Assembly: GCA_040377305.1 (NCBI GenBank)
Contig: JBEIPA010000003.1
Span: forward strand, 128,001 to 192,000
Direction: 5' to 3'
Source of the DNA: Flavobacteriales bacterium
Lineage (GTDB): Bacteria > Bacteroidota > Bacteroidia > Palsa-965
Length of the DNA: 64,000 nt
The notes beneath the pieces were generated by a model. That model searched no databases and was not told the DNA's origin. It was given only the letters and a program-made list of their open reading frames with translations. Below are positions 50,632 through 59,064 of the stretch, piece by piece. Made by a program: the position numbers and the translations under genes. Each line of letters begins with the position of its first letter. Position 1 is the stretch's first letter.

Positions 50632-51828
50632 TTAAGAAAGTTTCGCCAAAGCCGATTTCATTCTCTTCACTGCTTCAATCAGCTTTTCATCTGCAGCAGC
50701 ATAAGATATACGGATGTAATTATCTTCTCCGAATGCAGCACCGGGTACAATAGCAACGTGTGCTTCATCCAGAAGAAACATACTCAGGTCAGTTGCGTTT
50801 TTGATCGTGTGATTGCCGTATTTTTTTCCGAAGAATGCACTCACTTCCGGATAAACGTAGAATGCACCATCAGGTACATTTGTTTTCATTCCGGGAATTT
50901 CATTCAGGCCGGCAAGAACTAAATCGCGGCGACGTTTGAACGCATCGCGCATTTCGTATGTTGCAGACGCAGGTAATTTCATTGCAGCGTGCATTGCCTT
51001 CTGCGTGATTGAAGAAGTGGCAGAAGTAAATTGACCCTGCATTTTATCACACGCTTTTGCAAGCCACAAGGGAGCAGCGAGAATTCCACCGCGCCAGCCT
51101 GTCATTGCAAAACCTTTTGATACGCCGTTTATTGTGATGACGCGATCGTAAATGAAATCGAACTGAGCCATGCTCTCGTGTCCACCAATAAAGTTGATGT
51201 GCTCGTAGATTTCATCGCTCATGATGTAAACGCCTTCGTGTTTCGCAACAACTTCTGCAATTGACTTCAGCTCTTCACGTGAGTAAACAGATCCCGTAGG
51301 ATTGCACGGCGTGCTGAACATAATCAAACGCGTTTTCGGAGTAATTGCAGCTTCAATTTGCGCGGCAGTTACCTTGAAATTGTTTTCGATCCCGGCATCA
51401 ATCACAACCGATTTTCCTTCGGCGAGTTTGATGATCTCGATATAGCTAACCCAGAATGGAGAAGGAACAATTACTTCATCACCAGGATTCACTAAACTCA
51501 GTACCACATTCGCAATCGACTGTTTTGCTCCTGTAGAAACAACAATCTGATCGGGCGTGTATGTGAGATTATTATCGCGTTTGAATTTCTCAGCAATTGC
51601 CTGACGCAGCTCGAGATATCCTGAAACGTGTGTGTAGTAGCTGAAGTCAGAATCAATTGCACTGTGCGCAGCTTCTTTGATTACATCCGGCGTATGAAAA
51701 TCCGGTTCGCCAAGACTGAGGCTGATGATATCAATTCCTTGTGCAATCAATTCGCGGCTCTTACGGGCCATTGCAATTGTCTGCGATTCACTCAACCGGT
51801 TAATGCGGTCAGAAAGATGTTGCTTCAT
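50632..51828 (-). CDS. PLP-dependent aminotransferase class I/II (aspartate aminotransferase-like)
   Basis: GEPDF, GAKQS, PCNPTG, SDEIYE, GVSKGFAMTGWR. Confidence 0.93.
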   Translation of the reverse strand: MKQHLSDRINRLSESQTIAMARKSRELIAQGIDIISLSLGEPDFHTPDVIKEAAHSAIDSDFSYYTHVSGYLELRQAIAEKFKRDNNLTYTPDQIVVSTGAKQSIANVVLSLVNPGDEVIVPSPFWVSYIEIIKLAEGKSVVIDAGIENNFKVTAAQIEAAITPKTRLIMFSTPCNPTGSVYSREELKSIAEVVAKHEGVYIMSDEIYEHINFIGGHESMAQFDFIYDRVITINGVSKGFAMTGWRGGILAAPLWLAKACDKMQGQFTSATSSITQKAMHAAMKLPASATYEMRDAFKRRRDLVLAGLNEIPGMKTNVPDGAFYVYPEVSAFFGKKYGNHTIKNATDLSMFLLDEAHVAIVPGAAFGEDNYIRISYAAADEKLIEAVKRMKSALAKLS

Positions 51829-51858
51829 AAGGAAATTCGAGTGCCGAAGATCGGCATT

Positions 51859-51939
51859 AATTCCGGAATTCCGTATTCCGGAATTCCGAAAACGATCAAG
51901 ACAATGGACCCGAATTGCGGAATCCGGAATCTCGAAATT
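51859..51939. repeat. Micro-unit inverted repeat (7-8-nt unit ATTCCG-containing)
   Basis: Left aattccggaattccgtattccggaattccgaa 51859-51890; right cgaattgcggaatccggaatctcgaaatt 51911-51939. Confidence 0.75.
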
Positions 51940-52438
51940 ATTCCAGAGGCTGCATTCCCATAGCTGCCCATTCTTCGCTCGCCGGACCGTACACTCCGAT
52001 CACAGGCATTCCCAGCATGCGCATGACAACGATTAATTCACCGCGATGATGCGACTGATGTTTGATGAGCACATTCAATGTTGTTCCACGGCGCCATTCT
52101 TCACCGTACATATTGTCTTTCTTCTCAAGGTCGGCGTCGGTCCAGTTCTTCTTCAACTGATCAACGAGTGAATCCGAAAAGCGTTTGTATGCATCGATGA
52201 GTTCTTGTTTCGTCCAGTACATGTCGTCTTCCGCGCTAAAACCTTCGACATGAATTCCGGTGTGCTCCATCATTTCACCAACGGTATGTGTGATGTGAAA
52301 AGCCAGTCGTGATAACGCACGTACACGCGGATGAATTTGTTCGTGAAACTTTTTTTCGTCAATGAGCGCGAATATCTTGAGAGTAGATTCGCTTTCGTAT
52401 GCCCATTCTTTGTAGAAATCTTCGAGTTGTCTGATCAT
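51938..52438 (-). CDS. DinB family protein
   Basis: LAFHI, HQSHHRGEL..MR.LG..V.GVYGP; ATG 52438. Confidence 0.88.
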   Translation of the reverse strand: MIRQLEDFYKEWAYESESTLKIFALIDEKKFHEQIHPRVRALSRLAFHITHTVGEMMEHTGIHVEGFSAEDDMYWTKQELIDAYKRFSDSLVDQLKKNWTDADLEKKDNMYGEEWRRGTTLNVLIKHQSHHRGELIVVMRMLGMPVIGVYGPASEEWAAMGMQPLE

Positions 52439-52470
52439 GCAGCGAAGGTAACCACGACTTTTCTTTTTTG

Positions 52471-52585
52471 CTGCTAAGCCGCCTACACACCAGGTTATTA
52501 TTTGGTTAATGCAAACCAATGTCGCACGTTTGTCTGGACCTCAATGAGCATTAAATTTTCTTGGCGTTTTAGCGTCTTGGCGGTA
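52471..52585. repeat. Decayed micro-unit inverted repeat (8-nt unit CTTGGCGT)
   Basis: Right arm cttggcgttttagcgtcttggcggt 52560-52585; left arm ctgctaagccgcctacacaccagg 52471-52494 matches its reverse complement at 16/24 by hand. Confidence 0.6.
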
Positions 52586-52588
52586 AGA

Positions 52589-53221
52589 TTACGAGCCGCG
52601 GTAAGTAGTAACCCACGCCGGATCCTGCATGTCTTTCAGCAAACGAAATGCGTCTGCTCCCCAAACTGCATCGACCATTGGATCGGTCATGCCGTACGTT
52701 TTGAGGATTTCAAGTTGACCTTCGGAAGGTTGCAGTGGTTTGCGTGCCCAGCCCGGACCAGGTCCGAATGGAGTAAGCGTATTCGGATTTGAATTTCGTG
52801 GCGATGCAATGTAGTACGGCCACTCTGCCCAGCGTAAACGCCAGATGTCGTTAACCGTATTGCAACGCATTCCCGATTCGTAAAAACGCATGTTGATCAC
52901 GGTATCGTTGAAATAGCCGCAGTCAATCAATCCGTGCGTCGCGAAAAGATTTTCTCCTTTCGGGTTCGCATTGTGTTTGATCATTCCGCTGGCGATTGCC
53001 GTGAACTCGCGTTGCGTAATGTTTACAGCTTCGAGCGGCAATTTCGGATCGTCCCACTTTTTGATGATGTGAAAAGAAACGGCAGTGCTGTTCGCACCAG
53101 GCATCAATGAGAAACCGAGATACTCTTTGTACGCCAATTCAACTTCAGTCGACTGCTGCAGGAAACCAAATCCGGCAACGGCCAATAGAGCGCAAGTGAG
53201 CAAGGCACGAAGTTTTCCCAT
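52589..53221 (-). CDS. Secreted hypothetical protein
   Basis: 210-aa ORF with signal peptide; no family recognised. Confidence 0.65.
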   Translation of the reverse strand: MGKLRALLTCALLAVAGFGFLQQSTEVELAYKEYLGFSLMPGANSTAVSFHIIKKWDDPKLPLEAVNITQREFTAIASGMIKHNANPKGENLFATHGLIDCGYFNDTVINMRFYESGMRCNTVNDIWRLRWAEWPYYIASPRNSNPNTLTPFGPGPGWARKPLQPSEGQLEILKTYGMTDPMVDAVWGADAFRLLKDMQDPAWVTTYRGS

Positions 53222-53312
53222 GCGAGTACCAAATTTACGACGTTCTGGGTCAATTGGTTACGTTCATTAGGAGCTTTACGCCAATTCATGCAAAATTCAG
53301 CTTCACGCTAGG

Positions 53313-53444
53313 GTAAATAGTAGAGAGAAAAGAGGCGTGAGTGCGCATGGTTCATGAACCTAAAATGCACATCACAGGTAGATTCGTGTAAATCCGCTCG
53401 AATTGGCACCCCAATCTACAGCCTCTTTTCTCTTTACTATTTAC
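53313..53444. repeat. Micro-unit inverted repeat (purine-rich, ~7-nt period) between divergent genes
   Basis: gtaaatagtagagagaaaagaggc 53313-53336 vs gcctcttttctctttactatttac 53421-53444, 23/24 complementary. Confidence 0.88.
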
Positions 53445-53480
53445 TATTTCCTTATTTTTACAGGAATTCACGCAAACTCT

Positions 53481-54008
53481 ATGAATTTCGAAGCAATTAT
53501 TGACCTTCTCAAGATTGTAATTCCTTGTGTAATCGTATTCCTCGGGTGCTTCCTCACGGTGCGCCATTTTCTGGATACTGAAGCACGTAAACGTCTGGCC
53601 GAAATCCGTCTGGCAAACCAGGGAGTTGTGACTCCGATGCGTTTGCAGGCGTATGAGCGTCTCGCCATTTTCCTCGAGCGCATTCACCCGCACTTGATTG
53701 TTACTCGTGTACACAAAAGCGGAATGAGCGCGCGTTTGTTGCAGTCCGAACTCACGAAAGTTATTCGTACTGAATTCGAACACAACCTGTCGCAACAGAT
53801 TTACATGTCGAATCACGCATGGGAAATGGTGAAGACAGCGAAAGAAGAAATTACCAAGTTGGTGAACGTTGCAGCTTCGAAACTTCCTGACACAGCAACA
53901 GGTGTTGAACTTTCTCAAATGATTCTCCAGATTTCTCAGCAGATTGAGAAGATGCCGACACAGGTGGCGTTGGAGTATATTAAGAAAGAGGTTGGACAGG
54001 TATTCTAG
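53481..54008 (+). CDS. Conserved Bacteroidota membrane-anchored hypothetical protein
   Basis: N-terminal TM; PMRLQAYERLAIFLERI and EFEHNLSQQIYMS motifs; ATG 53481. Confidence 0.8.
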   Translation: MNFEAIIDLLKIVIPCVIVFLGCFLTVRHFLDTEARKRLAEIRLANQGVVTPMRLQAYERLAIFLERIHPHLIVTRVHKSGMSARLLQSELTKVIRTEFEHNLSQQIYMSNHAWEMVKTAKEEITKLVNVAASKLPDTATGVELSQMILQISQQIEKMPTQVALEYIKKEVGQVF

Positions 54009-54022
54009 AACATCGCGCATTG

Positions 54023-54048
54023 ATGTGCCGATATGCCGAAGTGCCGAT
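54023..54048 (+). repeat. Solo arm of the ATRTGCCG micro-unit family
   Basis: atgtgccgatatgccgaagtgccgat, same family as the 42517 left arm; no partner arm before the mutase ATG. Confidence 0.75.
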
Positions 54049-54077
54049 TGAGTATGTCGCGTGATTGAATAACAGCG

Positions 54078-55646
54078 ATGAAAAAATCCGAAACAGAACA
54101 AACTAAGAAATTCGAAACCGATTCCGGAATCGAAATCAATCGCGTTTATCCGAAACAAGATAGAGCAGAAGAGCAACCGGGTGAATTTCCGTTCACGCGT
54201 GGTGTGCAACCCGATATGTATCGCGGGAAACTGTGGACGATGCGACAGTATGCAGGATTTTCTACTGCAGAAGAATCGAACAAGCGTTATCACTACTTGC
54301 TGAAGAACGGAACGACTGGATTGTCGGTTGCGTTTGACTTGCCGACACAAATTGGTTACGATTCATCGCACGAATTTTCAGAAGGTGAAGTAGGGAAGAG
54401 TGGTGTTGCGATTGATTCACTGAAGGACATTGAAATTCTTTTCGACGGAATCAAGTTGGAAGAAGTGACTACTTCGATGACGATTAATTCGACGGCTTCG
54501 ATTCTGCTTTCGATGTACATCGCACTTGCGAAGAAGCAAGGCGCCGATCTCAAAAAGATTTCAGGAACGATTCAGAACGATATTCTCAAGGAATATGCGG
54601 CACGCGGAACGTATATCTATCCGCCGAAAGCTTCCATGCGAATCATCACCGATATTTTTGAGTACTGTGCGAAAGACGTTCCGAAATGGAATACCATTTC
54701 AATTTCAGGATATCACATTCGTGAAGCAGGTTCGACCGCCGTGCAGGAATTAGCGTTCACACTCGCAAACGGAAAAGCGTACTTACAGGCTGCTATTGCA
54801 AAAGGACTCGACATAGATGTATTTGCAAAGCGTTTGTCGTTCTTCTTCAACGCACACAATAATTTCTTCGAAGAAGTTGCGAAGTTCCGTGCTGCGCGAA
54901 GAATGTGGGCGAAGATCACGAAAGACCTTGGTGCGAAAGATCCGCGTTCAATGATGTTACGTTTCCACACGCAAACCGGAGGATCTACATTAACCGCGCA
55001 GCAACCACAGAACAATATTATCCGCGTAACGCTTCAGGCTTTGTCTGCGGTGATGGGCGGAACTCAATCGCTTCACACAAATGGTTTCGACGAAGCTCTT
55101 GCTCTTCCAACTGAGGAAGCTGCACGAATCGCATTGCGTACACAGCAAGTAATCGCTTATGAAAGCGGTGTTCCTGAAACAGTTGATCCGCTTGCCGGTT
55201 CGTATATGGTTGAGGCGCTTACGGATGAAGTAGAAGCGAAAGCCTGGGAATACATCAACAAGATCGACGCAATGGGCGGTTCAGTTGCTGCTATCGAAGC
55301 CGGATTTATGCAGGATGAAATTGCTGCATCGTCGTACAAGTATCAGGCAGACATTCAGAACGCAAGCAAGATCATTGTTGGTGTGAACAAATTCACTGCC
55401 GAAGAGAAACCGATGGGCAATCTGCTCACGATTGATGACAGCATTCGCCAGACTCAGATTGACAAGATCAACGCGGTGAAAGCTACACGCAATAACGACG
55501 AGGTGAAAGCAAATCTTCTTGCAATTGAACGTGCCGCACGTGGAGACGACAATCTCATGCCACATATTCTGAAAGCGGTTGAGTCGTATGCGACACTAGG
55601 CGAGATTGCGGATGAGATGCGTGGTGTGTTTGGTGAGTTCCGGTAA
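54078..55646 (+). CDS. Methylmalonyl-CoA mutase family, catalytic subunit (no B12-binding domain)
   Basis: [58 protein letters not shown]. Confidence 0.93.
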   Translation: MKKSETEQTKKFETDSGIEINRVYPKQDRAEEQPGEFPFTRGVQPDMYRGKLWTMRQYAGFSTAEESNKRYHYLLKNGTTGLSVAFDLPTQIGYDSSHEFSEGEVGKSGVAIDSLKDIEILFDGIKLEEVTTSMTINSTASILLSMYIALAKKQGADLKKISGTIQNDILKEYAARGTYIYPPKASMRIITDIFEYCAKDVPKWNTISISGYHIREAGSTAVQELAFTLANGKAYLQAAIAKGLDIDVFAKRLSFFFNAHNNFFEEVAKFRAARRMWAKITKDLGAKDPRSMMLRFHTQTGGSTLTAQQPQNNIIRVTLQALSAVMGGTQSLHTNGFDEALALPTEEAARIALRTQQVIAYESGVPETVDPLAGSYMVEALTDEVEAKAWEYINKIDAMGGSVAAIEAGFMQDEIAASSYKYQADIQNASKIIVGVNKFTAEEKPMGNLLTIDDSIRQTQIDKINAVKATRNNDEVKANLLAIERAARGDDNLMPHILKAVESYATLGEIADEMRGVFGEFR

Positions 55647-55656
55647 GTGCTTGTAG

Positions 55657-55743
55657 AACTTTTCCAAAGTTGACTGGAGTGTTGAATTGAATTCCGGTGT
55701 TCCTACGTCTTGATGCGAATCCCGCGCTAACTTTGGAAAAGTT
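55657..55743. repeat. 15-bp perfect inverted repeat (REP-like) between convergent genes
   Basis: aacttttccaaagtt 55657-55671 / aactttggaaaagtt 55729-55743; each arm is itself quasi-palindromic. Confidence 0.8.
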
Positions 55744-55749
55744 ACGCAG

Positions 55750-56061
55750 TTACTTGTTGACAGTAGAATCCGGCACGAGCACAAAAATATCTTCATTATC
55801 GCGGTGCATGAGGTAATGTTCACGCGCGAATTTCTCGAGAAGCTCCGGATTGTTCTGAAGCTCTTTCATCTCCGTTTTGTTGTGTTCGATTTCGGCTTTG
55901 AAATATTCAACGTCGGCTTCCAGTTTTTTTACTTCAGCACGACGGGCCCACTGCGAGAAAATGTCGTTTTTATCGAAGAATAGGAGCCATATGCCCAGCA
56001 CAATAACTACCATGAGGTATTTGTTGCGTATGATTTTACCGAATCGCCCGAGCTTCTTCAC
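55750..56061 (-). CDS. FtsB/DivIC-like septum formation initiator
   Basis: NKYL..WLLFFDKND, coiled coil, LEKFAREHYLM..NEDIF. Confidence 0.88.
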   Translation of the reverse strand: MKKLGRFGKIIRNKYLMVVIVLGIWLLFFDKNDIFSQWARRAEVKKLEADVEYFKAEIEHNKTEMKELQNNPELLEKFAREHYLMHRDNEDIFVLVPDSTVNK

Positions 56062-56135
56062 GGTGCAAAGGTAGGTGTGGCAAGTCTCTGAAAACTGAGG
56101 TGTTTAGAACTTCGGTCAAATGTTAATATCGGGTC

Positions 56136-56267
56136 ATTTGATGATTTGAAAATTTGAAGATAATGTGGGTTTACCGACACCAGTCAATAGATAGGTTGTA
56201 TGGAACTTGTAGTTTTATAGCAAATAACTATACAGTTCGAATCTTCAAATTTTCAAATCTTCGAATT
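56136..56267. repeat. Micro-unit inverted repeat (ATTTGAAR) enclosing the oxyR upstream region
   Basis: Left atttgatgatttgaaaatttgaagat 56136-56161; right ttcgaatcttcaaattttcaaatcttcgaatt 56236-56267, abutting ATG 56268. Confidence 0.88.
56187..56231. promoter_or_regulatory. Putative OxyR autoregulatory site
   Basis: ATAG-N7-GTAT (56187-56201) and perfect ATAG-N7-CTAT (56217-56231). Confidence 0.55.
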
Positions 56268-57209
56268 ATGACCCTCCAGCAACTCGAATACGCCCTTGCA
56301 ATCGGCCGCACCGGAAGTTTTGTTCAAGCCGCCGACGAATGTTTTGTGACACAACCTACACTTTCCATGCAGGTGAAGAAACTCGAAGACGAAGCGGGCA
56401 TTACGATTTTCGATAGAAGCCGTCAGCCGGTAACTGTAACTGATGCCGGAAGAATTTTTCTCGATCAGGCGCGGGTAGTTGTGCGTGAGAAGAATCGTTT
56501 AATGGAAGTGCTCGCCTCTGCGAAAGGAGAAGTGACCGGAAATTTTCGTCTCGGTATTATTCCAACGCTTGCTCCATATCTCGTGCCATTGTTTCTTCCA
56601 AAATTCGTGGAGATGTACCCGAATGTACATCTGGAGGTAGAAGAGATGACAACTGCAATGATTACTGAACAACTGAAGAAAGAAAATCTGGATGCAGGAA
56701 TTCTTGCAACGCCGCTTGAAGAAACGCAGTTGCACGAGCAGTTTCTTTTTAACGAACCTTATGTTGCTTATCTCTCTAAGAAGCATTCACTTTGGAATAA
56801 GAAACAATTGAAACCCGATGACATTGAAGCGGATGATTTGTGGCTCTTGTCTGACGGACATTGCATGAAGAACCAGGTGTTGCAATTGTGTAATCGCAAA
56901 AAGGCGCAAACGATTGGGGCATCGTTTGAATTCAGAAGCGGAAGTATTGAAACTTTACGTCGCATGGTAGAAACAGGAAAAGGAATGACGATTCTTCCAT
57001 GGCTTGCGGTTCCGGCATTGTCGCCGAAGCAGCAAGAGGCCATTCGCTATTTCCGTACACCGGAGCCAGTTCGTGAAATCAGCATCGTCACACATCGGGC
57101 GCAATTGAAAAAAGCAATCGTTGATGCACTATCTCAGGTCGTGAGCGATACAATTCCGAAGCATTTGAAACGTTCTGTTAAACAAGAGGTTCTTTCCATC
57201 TCACAATGA
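56268..57209 (+). CDS. oxyR: Hydrogen peroxide-inducible LysR regulator
   Basis: MTLQQLEY HTH, CFVTQPTLSMQ, GIIPTLAPYL, redox pair GHCMKNQVLQLC. Confidence 0.93.
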   Translation: MTLQQLEYALAIGRTGSFVQAADECFVTQPTLSMQVKKLEDEAGITIFDRSRQPVTVTDAGRIFLDQARVVVREKNRLMEVLASAKGEVTGNFRLGIIPTLAPYLVPLFLPKFVEMYPNVHLEVEEMTTAMITEQLKKENLDAGILATPLEETQLHEQFLFNEPYVAYLSKKHSLWNKKQLKPDDIEADDLWLLSDGHCMKNQVLQLCNRKKAQTIGASFEFRSGSIETLRRMVETGKGMTILPWLAVPALSPKQQEAIRYFRTPEPVREISIVTHRAQLKKAIVDALSQVVSDTIPKHLKRSVKQEVLSISQ

Positions 57210-58042
57210 AAAAACTTTTACTTATTCTGCCGGCAATTGTCATTGTGATCTTCCTGTTCACGAATGGAAGTTCTTCCAATGATGCTGAAGCAGCGAAACC
57301 GGAGTACGCTACTGCATACACGATCACCAACGGCAATGTACCTACAGCCAAAGCAGGAACATTCCGTGCCGAACAAATGGCAAAAGCGCGCGTCAAAGTG
57401 GCCTACGAAGAAAAGTGGGACAGCATCACGGCAAAGTTGAAACGGATGGACATAGCAATTGATCAACTTGAAGTTTTTATCCGTGGTTTCAAAGAGGAAA
57501 AGGAATTGGAATGCTGGGTGAAAGAGAAGAAAGACAGTACGTGGAAGCTGTATACCACATATCCGATCTGCGAGTCGTCGGGTGTTCTTGGACCGAAGCG
57601 TTGCCAGGGTGATTATCAGGTTCCGGAAGGGTTTTACCACGTGAATGTTTTTAATCCCTACAGCAACTTCTATTTATCGTTGGGCGTGAGTTACCCGAAT
57701 GCTTCGGACAAAGTGTTTGCATGTACGCGTGATGCGGGTGGTGCGATCATGATTCATGGCAACTGTGTAACCATTGGTTGCATTCCGATAACGGATGTGA
57801 TGATCAAAGAACTTTACGTTTTATGTGTTGAAGCAAAGAACTCGGGACAAAGTACAATTCCAATTCACCTTTTTCCTGCGCGACTCACGGCAAAAAATCT
57901 TGCAACCATCAAGGAAGATCAACAGGATGCAACGATTGATACGTTCTGGGACAATCTGCTCACGGGCTACGATTACTTCGAACGCTACAGGAAATTGCCT
58001 AAGGTCACCGTGGATTCGAAAGGGAAATACGTTTTCAACTAG
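57206..58042 (+). CDS. L,D-transpeptidase family (YafK/DpaA-like) protein
   Basis: SGVLGPK..QGDYQVPEGFY, LSLGVSYPN, IMIHGNCVTIGC. Confidence 0.9.
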   Translation: MKKLLLILPAIVIVIFLFTNGSSSNDAEAAKPEYATAYTITNGNVPTAKAGTFRAEQMAKARVKVAYEEKWDSITAKLKRMDIAIDQLEVFIRGFKEEKELECWVKEKKDSTWKLYTTYPICESSGVLGPKRCQGDYQVPEGFYHVNVFNPYSNFYLSLGVSYPNASDKVFACTRDAGGAIMIHGNCVTIGCIPITDVMIKELYVLCVEAKNSGQSTIPIHLFPARLTAKNLATIKEDQQDATIDTFWDNLLTGYDYFERYRKLPKVTVDSKGKYVFN

Positions 58043-59007
58043 TAATACGTGTAAACAAAGTCCACGTAACGCACTTTTCCCGTGCGCACTTCTTTCTCTT
58101 TTTGTGAAATCACCATGTCGTTTTCATTGTATGAGACATGAACGGTTTTGAATAAACCATGACCATCGTAGTGTTCGCGCACTTCATCGTATTTGTCATA
58201 CCCAATGCTTGTTTGGTAGCGCAATGAGCCGTCGCCATTAGTCGTGATGCTTAACGTGTCGCGACCTTTATCATCGCGAAATCGCACGCAGGTGTAGTTC
58301 ATTGTTCCATCTGCATTATACGTAATCGTACTGTCGAACTTATTGTCATAAGACGTATACACCGTACAGCTTGCGCGGTATGGCTGGTTGTCTTCCTGGT
58401 AATGTTTGTGAATGATGAAAACAGAATCATAGATCGCGATGAAGCCATAAGCCATGTGAAGCTTTTGTGATTCTCCGTTCTGCCTGATAGACCTTTCATC
58501 TCTGGCAATTATTCTTCGTTGATCGTCGTATTTATAGGCATACGTATGGATGAGCGTGTCGGGGTCTGCTGATGTACCGGTGTATATTGTTTGGTGTGGT
58601 AAATCACTTTCCAGATGCACAACGCGATTTACAACTTCTCCACTTTTGAATGTCACTTCGGTTGTTGTATCGTAATCCGGTCCGACTGAAACACGATAAA
58701 CCGTTGAATCATACAATTCATTTTTCTCTTTCGCGATTCGCGTGAAGTGAGAATCATTATAGAAAACAAACGTATCAGTTACCACGTTTTTTTTCCGGTT
58801 GTTGTAATTCACCGTTTGTTGCAATACATGGTAACCTGCTGAATCGTACACATTGTATCGTACGAGTCTTCGCTTTCCATCCACCTGTTCATACTCGCTC
58901 ACACTTTTGACATGGTATGCTAGCATGGTTTCATTGTGTGTATAAGGTTGAGCGAATGCAGCCGAAGTAGCGCTGATCGTCATGGCGAAAAGAAGGATGG
59001 TTCTCAT
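58039..59007 (-). CDS. Secreted hypothetical protein with YD-like beta repeats
   Basis: Signal peptide; recurring YD..G / YKYDD motifs. Confidence 0.65.
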   Translation of the reverse strand: MRTILLFAMTISATSAAFAQPYTHNETMLAYHVKSVSEYEQVDGKRRLVRYNVYDSAGYHVLQQTVNYNNRKKNVVTDTFVFYNDSHFTRIAKEKNELYDSTVYRVSVGPDYDTTTEVTFKSGEVVNRVVHLESDLPHQTIYTGTSADPDTLIHTYAYKYDDQRRIIARDERSIRQNGESQKLHMAYGFIAIYDSVFIIHKHYQEDNQPYRASCTVYTSYDNKFDSTITYNADGTMNYTCVRFRDDKGRDTLSITTNGDGSLRYQTSIGYDKYDEVREHYDGHGLFKTVHVSYNENDMVISQKEKEVRTGKVRYVDFVYTYY

Positions 59008-59064
59008 ACACTTGAAACGTACGGCGGTGAAATATCTTGCTACGTATTTCGTGTGATACCGATT

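Noticed and set aside
53352-54350. 332-aa minus-strand ORF
   Set aside because: Antisense to two well-supported + strand genes; composition is not protein-like
54078-55646. Truncated or pseudogenised mutase (no B12-binding domain)
   Set aside because: Split mutases with a separate B12-binding subunit are a normal architecture, and the ORF ends with the typical TLGEI...R.VFGE tail
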